A stretch of DNA of 63,725 bases, filler included, from Intoshia linei (GCA_001642005.1; 4 parts of 4 records of this genome joined end to end with filler, not necessarily neighbours in it), one strand, 5' to 3'. Numbered from the whole stretch's first letter, positions 12,401 to 26,178 are shown. The notes: generated by a model not told the origin, from the letters alone. Program-made: numbers and translations.

Positions 12401-15400
12401 GTTTTTAAGACTTTCCGGTCCCATTCGCAACTAATATCTATGGAATATATATAGCGTCAGCTGATCTATGCAACACAGCCTGTCTGAACTAACATTTAGT
12501 TCAAAAAAATTACTCATCCAAAATTTCAACATTTTCTGATTTGGCACACTTTTAGCAGTATTTTAAAAAAAAATTAAAAAAATTCTTAGTGGCGTTTTTG
12601 GGTAAAGATCAAAAATTTAAATAGATGGAGATTTCAATGTCTTAAAACTTTTGAGTTCAAATTTTTTTAATTTTAAAAGATTCAAACAAATTGTAAAATT
12701 TATTTGAAATGGCATATATATGTATAATATAATATATAATAATCCTAACTTATATAATATGCTACGCGATTTTTGTTTGTGTGTTCAACTTTATTTAAAT
12801 AACTATGCGTCTTAGAATTTTTTAAAGACCATATTTCAATTACAGTTTTTTCCGGTACGTATATTAAGATAAATTCCAACCTCCCAATAACACATCTTAC
12901 GGGTCAAACTCACTCGACTCTTTCAGAATGAAATTCAACGAATTATATCTACAATCTATCACCACACCAAAATTTCTTAAAAAATCATAACCCAATAACA
13001 CATCAAACTCCTTAATATTCCAATTTTCATCAACATAACAACTCATATTGAAGCTAATACAACTATAAAATAACAGAAATGGACACATTTTTCCCAACCA
13101 CTTTTCATTTCCAAATGCCGCCTTAAACAACTTCTGATCTGACACAACTAAATTGCTATCTTCAACTAATTCAGCATTGATCAAACTATTTGTTGCACCT
13201 GTATCAACTTAACACTTAACAACTACATCTCCCCTTTTCATTTAACAATAATCATAACACTTTTGGTTTATTTATACTAAAAAACATAAAGAAAAAAATT
13301 ATTGATTAGAGTGTTATCCGTCTTTATAATGTAATGTTTTGAGGTTTGAATGTTCTTGAGGTAATAACAACTAAACAACTAACTGGTACAACATTACATT
13401 TATGTTCAAAGGTTTTTTCGAATTCAAATTTAAAGCCATTTTTAACCATTTCACCTATCAATTTGTTGTTATCGTAGTTATAATATTACATTTTTTAGAA
13501 TTTAAGATTATTACATTTTTGGGGTGCCAAATCGAATTTATTGAATTAAGGCATACTAAATAGAAAAAGGTTAATAACCTATGATGTAAGGTGAGAAATT
13601 TTTTTATACAAATGAGACGCAAGATTATTTCACTTTAAAAAGCGGTCCGATTGCAATAAAACGTTACCGACATCAGATATATTTGTATATACTTTAAGTT
13701 TAAGTGAAACCATACATATTAAATATATCATAGTTGAACTTATATATATTGCTAACATTAATAATCTTGTAAGAGTTAATGATGAATATGATAAATGCAT
13801 AAATTGAAACTTTTATATTAGATTTGAACAATTTCAGTTTTTATATTTTAGGCCTTCTAAGCCGTATAAATGAAACTACCAACACAAATAGATTCTTTCT
13901 AAATGAAAGACTACCTTTGATCTACCAAAATTTGGAATGCGATTTGAAAATATTGGAATATGTGGACAATGAGAAAAGTATAAGTGAAAACGATTTAGAA
14001 ACATATAATCATGAAGTATTCATTATTATTTATACATATATTAGGTTTTCCCCTTTTTTTGATTAGAAAACCCCATTTTGCGTATAATTTATATATTACT
14101 ATTAAAAACCGTAGATATTTTATTAAAAATACACGATGATACAACCAAAATTTAGTTAGCGTGCTGATTAAATGAAAGTGGTTGTAAGTTACAACTTGTA
14201 AGACAATTATTTTTGTACAAATTAAAAATATATAATATTAAATTAATGATAACATTTTATTTAAATTATTAGATACACATATTATAAATTCAATTATCTA
14301 AACTTTCATATCCAGATGATATTGTAGATTCATTTGAACTATTGGAATCGTAATTTGGTTCCTCATCTCTTACTGCAACAAATCTAGGTCTAACTGGATA
14401 CCCCATTCGAACTCTTTCATAATTGCCTCTAAGTCGATTTACATACATTTTCATCCTTTCTGCTTTTATGTATGGATCTGCTGGTTGAAATGTGGGGAAA
14501 TCTGCCAATTTTTTTATTTCAAATTTCTTCAATGCACATTCTCTGTCAAAATTTATCGCTCTCTGTATAAATGAATCATTTACTTTACTTGATTCAGTCC
14601 CAAGTTTACAATTAGGAGTACAAGATCTTGCACGAGATTTGGACTTTGAACCTTTCTCGGACGATGCGGAATCATTTAAATTTTTTAATTTTTTTGTCTA
14701 AAAATGAAAATAATTTTGAAATTGAAATTTTAAATATTACATTTTTATGTGCCATGTTTCTTTTCATTGAAACGTATTTATAGTAATTATGAATGCCTTT
14801 ATAGTTTGATGAATAGTTGATAGTTTTTTATGTCAGTTTAATAATTTCAAATCTAAAATAATGGTAGACAAGAATATTTTTTTAATTTTAAATTTCAAAC
14901 TTACCACAAGAAAAATTTTCAAGAATGAAAATCTGTTGGAAATAGCATTCATTTCATTCATTTATTTAGAAATACTGATTTCTTTGTTAATTAGTCCATT
15001 AAATATTCTTTTAAATAGCAAATCAAATTGAATTTAATATTGTTTATAATCCATTTTAATTGGTAGTTGCAAATTGTTATATATTATGTAGTTGTATAAT
15101 CGGGTTTTCTGTCATGTTGACGTTTGAAGTGAAACGTTACATTAAAATGGTATATTTAAAAATTTCTTTGTTGTGAAATTCTGCAATTTTTATTTGATAG
15201 TCTCCGTTCATGTCACTTTATTATAAAATATTTCTGCCATCAAAGTCATAATATACAATTAACTACAATGACACTAGGAGTTTATTTATTATTTGTAAAA
15301 TTAATTAAGCCAATCAGAAATTCAAGTTTAGGAACCACTCCTTTAAAGGGTTGATAATAGTGAGTGTATCATTTTTATGTAAGAAATTATTACTGAATTT

Positions 15401-17841
15401 ATTTTATTTATTTGTTGGGTATAATTAAAAAAGTTCACCCTCCGCAGAGCTAGTTTGCATGATTAATGAATTATATATTTACAATTTTGTAAGCATTTGC
15501 AATGGATTTTCACGGCCAAGTAACTAATTTTTTCTGAAACATGGTAGGACATACATTAAATAGTTCATTTAGTAAAAATTTATTTAAACGGGGGAAAAAA
15601 TTCAAAAATTGATATGGGAGTAAATGTTCAATGTATGCATTTTTATAATTTTAATTAATTTAGTTATTATCATTAAAAGATTACATAAATAAATTGATGG
15701 AATCAAATACGCTCAAAAAAAACGACGATGAAAGCGATAGATTAAACATGTTTAAACAACAAGTACATTTTCCTTTCTTTGTTATTATAATTATATTATA
15801 ATTATACTATATATGTAGTACATATGTATAATATACATTGTATATTATGTACATTAGGGTACCATAAATTGACTTTTTTATAAAATTGATAAAGTATAGA
15901 CATATTGAATGATCGAAAAACTAATATGTTTATAATCAACTTTTTGTAATTAGGCTTTACTAAAATCTGAAAAAATCCAGTCAATTGCAGAAAAATTGGA
16001 AGAAAACAGAAGAATGTTTAAAGAATTATCTGAAGAAGCAACAAATAAAGCTAAAATAATTGAATCAATGGGTGAAATAATAAAAGCAGATAAAGTAATT
16101 TCATCCATTTTACCACTAATTAGAGCCGAACCTACCGTATCCCGTATCCCACTTAGGAACCTCGACCAAATGTTTTAATATCATTACGTTTTGAAGGTCA
16201 AATATAAACGGTCAAGTCCAGACCCGTGGAGAGTGTCTAAGGATATATGACATTACGCATTATTTACGAAAAATTTTTATAGGTCATATTTTGATGTTGA
16301 GTGGGCCTAAAGTATGTTAGCGTCGCGTCTGTCACTAATTCATAAAGTTTTAAACGTTACTTATTTCAACAACTTAATATTTTAAATTTTGAAATTCTTA
16401 TTGATTGGAGATTGATAATATCTACAGTCAGGCCTCTCAATACCCCTACTGTATATATATTATTGTTTGTTAGACGTAGAAAATGAATTATTTAAATCAG
16501 TGGTAGTCTTACGTTTTTATTTCATTGTCCCTTCTGAAAAATTAAATATTTCAGGATCCCATTTGGAACTATTAATTAACATTTCACATATTAGATAAAA
16601 TCGTACGTAACTTCCTTACGATCAAAAAACAATGAATACAAAGAAAAAAGACAATGTTTAATTGATATCAAGGCTGAATGTGGTGTTTTATCGAGAACAT
16701 TGCAAATTTTGGATAAAAAGAATGAAAAAATTAATATAAAATTGGTTACATTTAAATAATGTTAAATAAAATAGTATAAAATGGAAATCTTATCGTAACT
16801 AAAAATGTTCCATATAATTTTTTTATTTTTAAAAATTGAAGTTTTATAATTTATTTAGAGTGAAAATGAATCAAAGGTGGGGATAAGTGGGTATTGGGAT
16901 ACAAACAAAAATTTACAAAAAGTTTCCTCCAAAAAAATGGAATTTGATGAAACCAAAGTGAAATCTCTAGATGAAATTTCTCGATTAGTCACACAATTGA
17001 ACATTAGCATTGATCAAAAAAAGAAAATTTTGGCACCAATCATGCAGGAATTGAAGCCTCTTCGTGAAAATCACGGTGTAATTACCTATATTATCCATTT
17101 CCAAGAATCTCATATTTTCTATATATAGTCGTGTCCAAATTATTAATTTTACAAACTTTTTTTATGCATTTTTTTCTATTTTATTTTTTTAGTTGATGAA
17201 AATATCCGTCTTTCTTTTTCAGTATTTTGATTTTTAAAATAATATTTCATGTAGAATATTTTGATGGAATATAACCATAAAAAGAAAAAATACGAAATGA
17301 CTCAAGCTGACATAGAAAGCAACATGTCTGGTTTAGAAAATGTAAAATATATAATTATAATTGTCCATTTAATATTTTTCTAGAATGTAAACAAATTAGC
17401 TGAACTGATAATATCATTGGAAAGTAAAATTAATTGTTCAACTAAAAATTTGCACATTCTTTGCATTGAACAGGAACGATTGAACGATGAAAAAAATGTT
17501 CATTTTAACAGAGAAAATGAAGCTAAAATGTCTTTCAAGTATTTTAAATTTATTGACTGTATTGTATTGTTAAAATTAACTACTTTTAAAAATTATTAAA
17601 ATCTAATTTAAAATTAATAAAAATAAATTTAAGAGAGCAATGTATACAAGAAATTCATAAACAAGAAAGCAATTCAATAAATCTAAGAAAAGAACAACAA
17701 AGATTAAACGAAATGTATGAAATAAACAAAAAGGATGTGATAATTTGGAAAAATATTCAGACCATATTTAAAACCAAGTTAGACTTGATTGAAAATAAGA
17801 AATACAATGATAAATTGAATCATTTGATTGTTAAAAATTAA
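9467..17841 (+). CDS. IFT81: Intraflagellar transport protein 81, multi-exon
   Basis: Start MNNLKYIIEKLNQPPFNKNYTLI; LKRRAYLGKYLVKIDVPVEY; ELKYDIVEMEKEKEQLSRRVERIK; KVKSLDEISRLV..KKKILAPIMQELKPLR; stop TAA 17839-17841. Confidence 0.93.
12136..13398 (-). mobile_element. Miniature non-autonomous LTR retroelement (Ty3/Gypsy-derived) in an IFT81 intron
   Basis: Related TG..CA LTRs at 12136-12279 and 13330-13398, 5-bp TSD TTTAT, PPT GGTGAGAGG next to the 3' LTR on minus; aspartic-protease remnant C*VDTGATNSLIN leading into ORF 12897-13184. Confidence 0.82.
14290..14767 (-). CDS. Hypothetical ~144-aa protein nested antisense in an IFT81 intron
   Basis: Exon 14767-14741 (MKRNMAHKN), 43-nt GT-AG intron, in-frame exon 14697-14290; AATAAA downstream of the stop. 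Confidence 0.6.
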
Positions 17842-18050
17842 TAAACATATCCAAATCTAAGAAAGATATAACGTAAACATTGCATTTATTTATATAACTA
17901 CATTGCATTATTAAATTTAATTTTGACATTGTAATAGGTACCGCATTTTGATACTTGAGAATAATATATTATTAAATATTCCATTTTAAGGTATATAATA
18001 ATACACTGTACACCTACATTGTATTAAATTAAATATGAAGGTATATAATA

Positions 18051-19516
18051 TTACTCCTTTTCGTCAATTTCCAGTATATGGGCTCTATAGACTAAATAAT
18101 ATAAACCGTCCGTCACCATATTATGTGTACAATCAAAATATGAATCAACTTTCAATTTTACCTGAAATAATTCTTTTTTAATTTAATTTTATTCTAATTA
18201 CCTCATCTACAATTTTTTTAATAGTAAGAGATTTATGCTTTTTCATTATATTTGATATAATTGAATTAATTCTAAATATTTTAGTTAAACTATTTATAAT
18301 AATTTACAATAATTGTCTGTTTTCATTCAATGTGTAAGTAAATTGATTATTTCTTGTTAAAACATGATTGACATCTTCTAAAATGGAATATGACATGTAT
18401 AATATATTATACGCAAAAAATCAGTACCGAATCGGTATTAAAAATTAAATTGAAAATATGTTTTATGAAAACTACAGTAGACCTTACCGCACACAAACCA
18501 CGGATAACATACTCCCATTAGATTCTACTACTATACAATAATATATTACCTAAATTCAATATATTTGAAGAGTTTGATTCAAAATCTTCATTAATCGAGT
18601 AAATATTTTCTAAATAAAAATCATTAAGTGATACAAAGTTATATTTAATTATTCCAAACAAAACAGAAAACTGATATCAACAAGTACCATTATATTTATT
18701 GATATTATCTTCCTTTAATAATCCAATGTCTATCAATTGCTTAATTGTAAATTTGGCTTGTTCATCTTCAATTCTGGTTAAAGTTGAAATTTCCTAAAAC
18801 AATTCATTATATGTTTTTCAAATTTTATGTTCGTAAAACTACACCAGAAAATATCACATTCAAATGGATTTTCAATAAAATATTAGTTAAATCCATAGTA
18901 TAACATTGATGAAAATGAAAATAGATGATTAAGTCAATTTTAAATCGATTTAAGATTCAATACAACAATAATAAAATATGAATTATTAACACGTAAATGA
19001 AATTATACCTTAAAGGAAAGAGTTGATTTTTGGTTAAATAGATATAAAACCATGAGATGGTAAGTATTTACACAAAGACTATACAACTTGCAATTGTCAT
19101 TTTCATCATATTTAAAAAAATCTAAAGTAGCCGTGCTAAGTTTAGGATGTATGAGAAGTTTTCTAGTTGAATATTCCTGAACATATTCACTAAATTTATA
19201 ATGTATACTAATAATGTACAAATTTACTCTTGAAATAATTTAAATGCTGAATTTAATTCATCCGGTAAAAGTAAATATTCAGGAACATTAGAACAAGGCC
19301 ACGATAAGCTTTGTAGTACATAAAATTGAGTATTTCTTTCTAAGTTCTAAAACAAAATGATATAAAAAAAATTAATATTAATCATAATTCTGGTCAAAAA
19401 TGCCTTTAAATAATAACCTCATAATTGCTATAAAATGTTTCAGTATAGTTTAATGAAAATTCAATATCATCAACCATGTTTTTTAATTTTTTGCAATTAT
19501 CATAACCAAATTCGTT
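18051..19516 (-). CDS. Divergent cullin, 3' part (5' end lost at contig break)
   Basis: Exons encode GYDNCKKLKNMVDD, YVLQSLSWP, RKLLIHPKLSTATL, VNTYHLMVLYLFNQKSTLSF (cullin homology region) and INSIISNIMKKHK (neddylation-site segment); stop 18051-18053. Confidence 0.8.
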
Positions 19517-19701
19517 CTATAAATATATAAATATACAAAATACAAAAATTGTAGAATTAAATGAAAATATTATATAAAATATAAAATAATATATAAAATG
19601 CGACGCGATTTTTGTTTGTGTGTCTGTGTGTGTCCTACTTATTGAAATAACTAGCACTCTTATAATTTTTTAAAAACCACATTTCAATTACAGTTTTTTC
19701 C

Positions 19702-19801
19702 NNNNNNNNNNNNNNNNNNNNNNNNNNNNNNNNNNNNNNNNNNNNTTAATTAATTAANNNNNNNNNNNNNNNNNNNNNNNNNNNNNNNNNNNNNNNNNNN
19801 N
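19702..19801. other. Artificial contig spacer
   Basis: 44 N + TTAATTAATTAA (stops in all six frames) + 44 N. Confidence 0.97.
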
Positions 19802-19819
19802 ATATATATTTAATATTTA

Positions 19820-21063
19820 GATATTATATTTTCATCGGAAAAATGTAACTGAAACTGATTTAATGATAGGTTAAACATGAAAGATTTTAAAAAATATTTT
19901 ATAGATAATTTAATAAATGTGGCTAAAAGCGTCGTAATTTTTATAATATTAATATTTACACCATAAAATTATAGAATACTATTGATGGAGTTAAAAATGC
20001 GTACGCCATGTTGAGTAACATTAAAAATATATATAACCAAACAATTGAAATTGAAACTAGTTTAATTTCAGCAAAAATTGAAACAATCAATCCAACCTTA
20101 AAAAATTATGGTAAATTTAAAAATATCCATTTATATTATTAATTAATTACAACTATTATTAAAATAGAAAGTAACGTAAAACTTAAAGATTCCAATGCAA
20201 AAATATCATTAAATTTACGAAAACAAAAAAAAATTGAAAATTTGACAGTTGCAGTATATTTTTTTTAAATTTAAATTTTTTAGTTAAAAATCATTAAAGC
20301 TATAAACAACTCTAACCCAATCATGGAATTCAATGCTTACAGTAATTCAGTTGAAGTTACAGAAAAATTAAAAGGGTTGAAAATGGTTTATTATGTTCCA
20401 TTTTTGAATAAACTATTAAAAATGCGACTGTTTGCAACAATCAATAAAAAATACTCTTTTAATTTTAATTATAATACACAAAATTATCTATTTGTTTAAA
20501 TAAGGGTTCATATGTTTCAATTTTATTCATTATATTTTAGTTTATTGGAAATATAAGTTTTATGGCAATATATCTCTCTCATTGGGATCAAATCTAGAAC
20601 TATTTCACATTAACAAGTTTATCATCATCGATCATTACAATACAGTTGAAAGATTGATTAAATATGATAAACTTAAATTTATAATACTTCCGGATGATAT
20701 CAAAAAGTTTTCCTTTTGAATGCCAATTGTTATATTAATTAATTAGAATTTTTTTTGACGAAGATGTGAATATAGTACAATTATCCGTATCTGTCATGTT
20801 TTATATTCAAAATTTCACTGGTAAAATAAGGAAAAATTTTATTAATGGTTATTTAGATTCTAAAATACCTTATAATATATGCTTTGACTTGTACATAATG
20901 GATGTTTCCGGTAATTCATATGATTTGGATCGAAAATTATTTCACTTAACCAGAAACAATCAGAATATTATACAGGTAAACGACATAAATGTATTACATT
21001 TGACAATATTATTTTCAGGTCGGAACAAACACCACAAAATCTTTGTTGGAGTGTATTGTTTGA
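19820..21063 (+). CDS. 3' part of an unidentified multi-exon gene
   Basis: Series of short open exons separated by ~30-55 nt GT-AG introns; last exon 21019-21063 VGTNTTKSLLECIV*; no family recognised and phases not fully resolved. Confidence 0.45.
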
Positions 21064-21127
21064 TAACATTTGTTACATTTTAATATTTATAAAGTCCATT
21101 TAAAGATTTTTCCCTTATAATAAATAT

Positions 21128-23746
21128 TTAATGTGTAAATTTGGCTATAATGTTTGCAATAGATAGACCTATATATAAAGCGTCAAAAGCATACATAAAA
21201 GGTTTAGAGTTAAATATAGAAGAATTCGGATCTATATCTGATATAGGATTTATTTCAACTTTTTCAGAATATCCAGTTTCTCTATTTATGCAATTATATT
21301 CATTGTTGATAATAACGCAATTTGCGTATATTTTACGACATTCAGCGCAATATGCGCAATCATTGTGAGCTACTATTGAAATGTACATATTTGTGAAATA
21401 ATTGGTAAACAATTCATGTCTTGGTCCAAATATCATTGAGGCAATGTCTACAGAGAGTATAGTGCTTGATGTTTTAACGTCTGTGTCTATATCCAATGCC
21501 ACCATGTACAAATAGTCAACAATAGTATCATCAATCTAAATAGTTAATATATTTAATAATCTTTAGAATATTATTCAATGTATCTAGAATTAACGCGCAA
21601 TCCAGGGTCATGCACTGTTTGAACAAAGTACAAAACAGTCCTTCTAGTTTCTTACAAAAAATTAAAAATGTCAAACGCAGCTCAGTTTCGCAATCCAAAG
21701 TATTCAGTATACGATCCTAACTTATATTTTTTTTGAAAATCAAACTAGTCTGAAAGTTAAAAAAAAGATTATTCTGATAGAGCTTATGCCAGTTAATATA
21801 AATAGAAAAGTTCAATCCCAGAAATCTACGCATTGCCGATGAAAAATAATTTTTAATACAGATTACATGAATATTATCATTTGATAATTTATTAACCAAT
21901 ATTTTTCAAATATTTCTATTAAAATAAAAAGTTGAAAATGTAAATATTGATCCTACAATTTCAAAAAAAATGTGCATTGAACGTCACACATTTCCAATAA
22001 AATATGGGTGAAAATCTATATAATTCATTCGTTCGCAATTTTTCAATTTCAAATTATCATTTTTAAAACATTTTGTGTAAAATTTAAATTAAAACTACGA
22101 CAACGAATTACTAAAGTAATACAACTTCGTTATTATCATTTTTATATGTATTACAATCCTTTGCAATATTTGTAAAATTTACCTGAAATATGTTGATTCC
22201 GTTAATTATTGATTCATAATTGGTATTTGTAAGTATTTATTAAATTGGTACTGAATATATATTATCACATTGAAAATGACAAAATAGGTTTTTATAGTTT
22301 TATTTTTTCTGGAATTTATGCTATTTATGACAATTTTTAGGATTGGACTGTTTTTACTTTATTTTTAATATTATACATACATTCTGTCTAATAAATTCAA
22401 AAAATGGAATAACAATTGTTTTTAAAATTCTTTACCCAAATGTTAACAAACAAAAAATTAAGATGGAATAATTCACTTTAAAGTAAATAGTAATGTGATG
22501 TAACGGATCCACCTGAAACAAATTTGGGAACCACTCCTTTAAAGGATTGATAATAGTGAATAGTAGGATTTTTAAGTTAGATTTTCAACGTGAATTTATT
22601 TTTTAAGTATAATAAAAATGTGCTCTCGGCAGAGCTAGGTCCTGTTTGTACGTAGTATGTAAATTTATTTTTTGGTAGTATAAAAATGTTCCCTCGGTAG
22701 AACTAGGCTACGGGGATTGATAATAGTGAATAGTAGAATTTTTAAGTTAGATTTTCAACGTGAATTTTTTGATATAATAAAAATTGCCTTGGCAGACCTA
22801 CGTCATGTTTGTACATAGTTTGTACGTAGTACATAACAGTCAACCTAGTATTAATATAATAGTGTAATTAATAATAAAAAGTACGAAATATTTTATTTTG
22901 CTGAAACGAGACTTGAGCCAATGAAGAGTAATATCTTCCAAAAAACAAAAATCTGTGCTAATGTCGCCAGTCTCACGTTTAAAGTCAGGTTTGAGATAAC
23001 CCAGCATTGAAAGAAGAGTTGAATCAACGTCTAAAGATTTATGAGTTTTAGTGTCTGAATTTATATCTATAAAGGAAATAACTACTTCATCATACCAAGT
23101 ATCACCAACAGGAAATCTAATAAAATAAGACATAATCAAATAAAAAATCATAATACTTAATAGAATTAGTAGATTTATCAATTTGAACAACATCATCCAT
23201 TTTTCTTGGTTCCAATTTCATCCTATAAATGTGGTGATATAAATATAAATGAGACCAGGTGAGTGCTTCCAAAACATTTATTCCGGATGTCGATAGTCCT
23301 TCATCATATTGAATGTAAACCATTCCAGCAAACCTATCAGATGTAGATACTAACTCAACATATATTTTATCATGTTCATTTACTGCATTCGTAATATTTA
23401 ATGTATCCTCTTTTAATTCATAAAACCAATGCAATTGTTTAAATACATTATGATTCTTAAACTTTGAGATTTCTTCATTTTTAGTGATTTTAAAGACACT
23501 TTTATGAAATCTTGAGTCAACAATTGTCACAAATGACTCATTATTTTGAACAATTTCAACAATACAATTCATAGCAGACTTTAATTTTATTACTTGTTTT
23601 TCTTGTATCATTAACCGAACCGTATCTACATTTTTAAGGTTCTGTTCTATTGAAAATGAACCGTTACACCTATGGTTGCAGACGCATTGGGATTTGTATA
23701 CCACGTAGAAACATTGATATATCAATAATGCAAATTGTATATCCAT
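21128..23746 (-). CDS. Hypothetical ~409-aa secreted or surface-anchored protein, 3 exons
   Basis: Exons 23746-23157, 23116-22885, 21535-21128 join in frame through GT-AG introns (40 nt, 1349 nt); signal-peptide-like N-terminus, Cys clusters, hydrophobic C-terminal tail. Confidence 0.7.
21715..22262 (+). repeat. Copy of abundant dispersed repeat family A
   Basis: Matches 40025-40340, 42850-43140 and, inverted, 24915-25450. Confidence 0.85.
22527..22835. repeat. Locally duplicated repeat unit (family B); related copy at ~15330-15460
   Basis: GGAACCACTCCTTTAAAGG.TTGATAATAGTGA...GCAGAGCTAG shared with 15330-15460; partial tandem copies here. Confidence 0.7.
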
Positions 23747-24480
23747 TCTTCAAAACAGTATACTTAAAAGTGTATTACTTTAAACGTATTTGTGAGTAAA
23801 GTTTATTTATTTATTAGATTATAATTCTATTTACTTTTATAGGGTTTTTCTATGTTGATTGAAAAGCTTGCATAGTGTATTAAAATATTTATCAATAGTG
23901 GTTGAAAAGCTAGAAATCATTTTTGACGTCAATGCACTATGTAAATTCGTCAATCGAGATATAAAAACCCTATAATATAAATATTTATAAAGCTTATATC
24001 CTTAACTTACATTAAATGAAATGTATTTATGTTACCATTTATTTGAAATATTATTCGGACTGCTATCACAGAGAATTGCCCATCCCTGGTTTCGTAATTG
24101 ATTATCATTTTGGTTTTAATTGTTGTCGCATATGAAAACTACACTGAACCAAAAGTTACTTTAGATTCTAATTTTTAAATGAGATTTAACTAATTATATT
24201 AATAGATATAGTACTAGTTAGGGGTCGCAAACCCATAGCCATTGCGTCATTCGAGATAGTGCATTAGCAATTTTGATAAATTAAAATTTAAATTGTGGGA
24301 TAATTGAAAAAGGAAATTTTAAATTGTAAGTAAGATTCATTTTCTTTCAGTAATCCGTGGTAGTGGAGAAATAACCTAAAAACTTTCCGAATCTACTGGA
24401 AAATCTTTTCACCTTATATTATATTGGTTATTTAACACCGGTATTTTAATAATCTCTATTCACTTAATAATTATAAATTA

Positions 24481-24733
24481 CCGTATTTTTCGGAGTATAA
24501 GGCGCACCCTGTATAAAAAACAATTCACAACACAAAATTCACATATAAGGCGCAAGAAATTTTATTAAGAGAAGTTTTAAAAAAATAAAAATAATTTATA
24601 GTTTAGTGAATAAATTAAGAATCAAATGGTACAATATATAGTTAAAACAAAATTTTCCCTTGCAAAATCCTCATATAAGACGCATTCCTAATTTTTCATG
24701 GAAAATGTGCGCCTTATATTCCGAAAAATACGG
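24481..24733. mobile_element. pogo/Tigger-type (Tc1-mariner) MITE
   Basis: 27-bp TIR CCGTATTTTTCGGA(G/A)TATAAGGCGCAC with one mismatch, TA TSD, internal TATAAG(G/A)CGCA repeats. Confidence 0.9.
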
Positions 24734-24914
24734 TATGTATTTTGTAATTTCGATTTCAAAAAAATAGTTTTTCTAAAGTTGACTCATGAAAAATCTCGAT
24801 CGAACTATGATATACAAATTGTACGATATAAAAATAATATAATACATTACATATAGTACTATGATTACTGTAATTTAATATATACGAAATCAGCACTTTT
24901 CAATGTATATTAGG

Positions 24915-25790
24915 GTGGATATTCAGTACCAATTTAATAAATACTTAAAAATACCAATTAAGTATCAATAATTAACGGAATCAGCACTTTATAAAAATAT
25001 TTCAGGTGAATTTTACAATATTGCAAAGGATTGTAATAAATATAAAAATAATAATAACAAACGTTGTTATAATTTTAATTTAAATTTTAAACAAAATGTT
25101 TGAAAATTAGAATTTGAGATTGAAAAATTGCGTAGCAATGAAAATAATTCCAAAGGAATCAATTATATAGATTTTCACCCATATTTCTTTATTGGAAATA
25201 TGTAGACGTTCAATACACACTTTTTATGAAACTGTAGGATCAATATTTACATTTTTAATTTTTATTTTAATCAAAATGTTTGAAAAATATTGGTTAATAA
25301 TATGTTAAAAATTATTTTTCATCGGGAATGCGTAGATTTCTGGGGTTGAAATTTTGTATTTATATCAACTGGAATAAGCTCTATCAGAATAATCTTTTGT
25401 TTTAATTTTCGAAAAATTAATTATTTAACAATTTTTGTTTAATAAAATATTTCGGAAAAAAATATAGTAATACTAGAATGCTTTTTTGACTATGAAGGTG
25501 TCACTTATTCAGATTGAAATTTTTTGTGTGTGTTAACAAGATACAACTGTACCAGTAACTTGTAATTTTTTTTAAATTTTAGGGCTGTTTTCATTAAAAA
25601 AAAGGTAATTTAGGGTTTTGGCCCTAAAGATGTATTTTTTTTTAAATTTAAATTTATGATAATATTTATGATTTTAAAATCCGTAGCAGAGTATATATTT
25701 TTTTAATTTAATTAAAGGGGCACATTTAATTGTATTGAGTGATACTCTATATGTAATTCATTATAATTTAAAGAAACTGCTGTTTTTTGC
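24915..25790 (-). repeat. Copy of dispersed repeat family A (inverted)
   Basis: Reverse complement of 39700-40340 and 21715-22262 segments. Confidence 0.85.
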
Positions 25791-25962
25791 AATTAATTTT
25801 TATATTTTTTAAAAAAAATCGTAAAAAATCAGGATCGGCAAAATTTTACCATTTTGCCGTGAGGCCTCCGATTGCTAAAAAAAGAACCATTTCGATTCAT
25901 TGGAATCGTCACATCACTAATAATAATAAACAAAATATGATCCATAATAAATAATAAATTAA

Positions 25963-26178
25963 CCCTTTCACTGTCTAATACTATTTTATGATGCATCACC
26001 ACACGTCTAGAATTTATTTTTGAAATAAAACTTGTATTATTTTTAAATTACCTATGTGAAAATTTATGAAAATAAAAGAATAAAGTTTTTCAAAATTATG
26101 CTGTGTATATCATTGAATACACAGACGTGTGAAGTGAAATTGTTGTGTATAGTATAGAATACATAGACAGTGAAAGAG
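25963..26178. mobile_element. piggyBac-like MITE
   Basis: TTAA|CCCTTTCACTGTCTA ... TAGACAGTGAAAGAG|TTAA. Confidence 0.85.

Noticed and set aside
19702-19801. Repeated TTAATTAATTAA palindrome inside N runs (also at 45858 and 54245)
   Set aside because: Artificial six-frame-stop linker; adjacency across these points is not biological synteny
22840-23746. Apparent frameshift between overlapping ORFs
   Set aside because: Explained by a 40-nt GT-AG intron at 23156-23117
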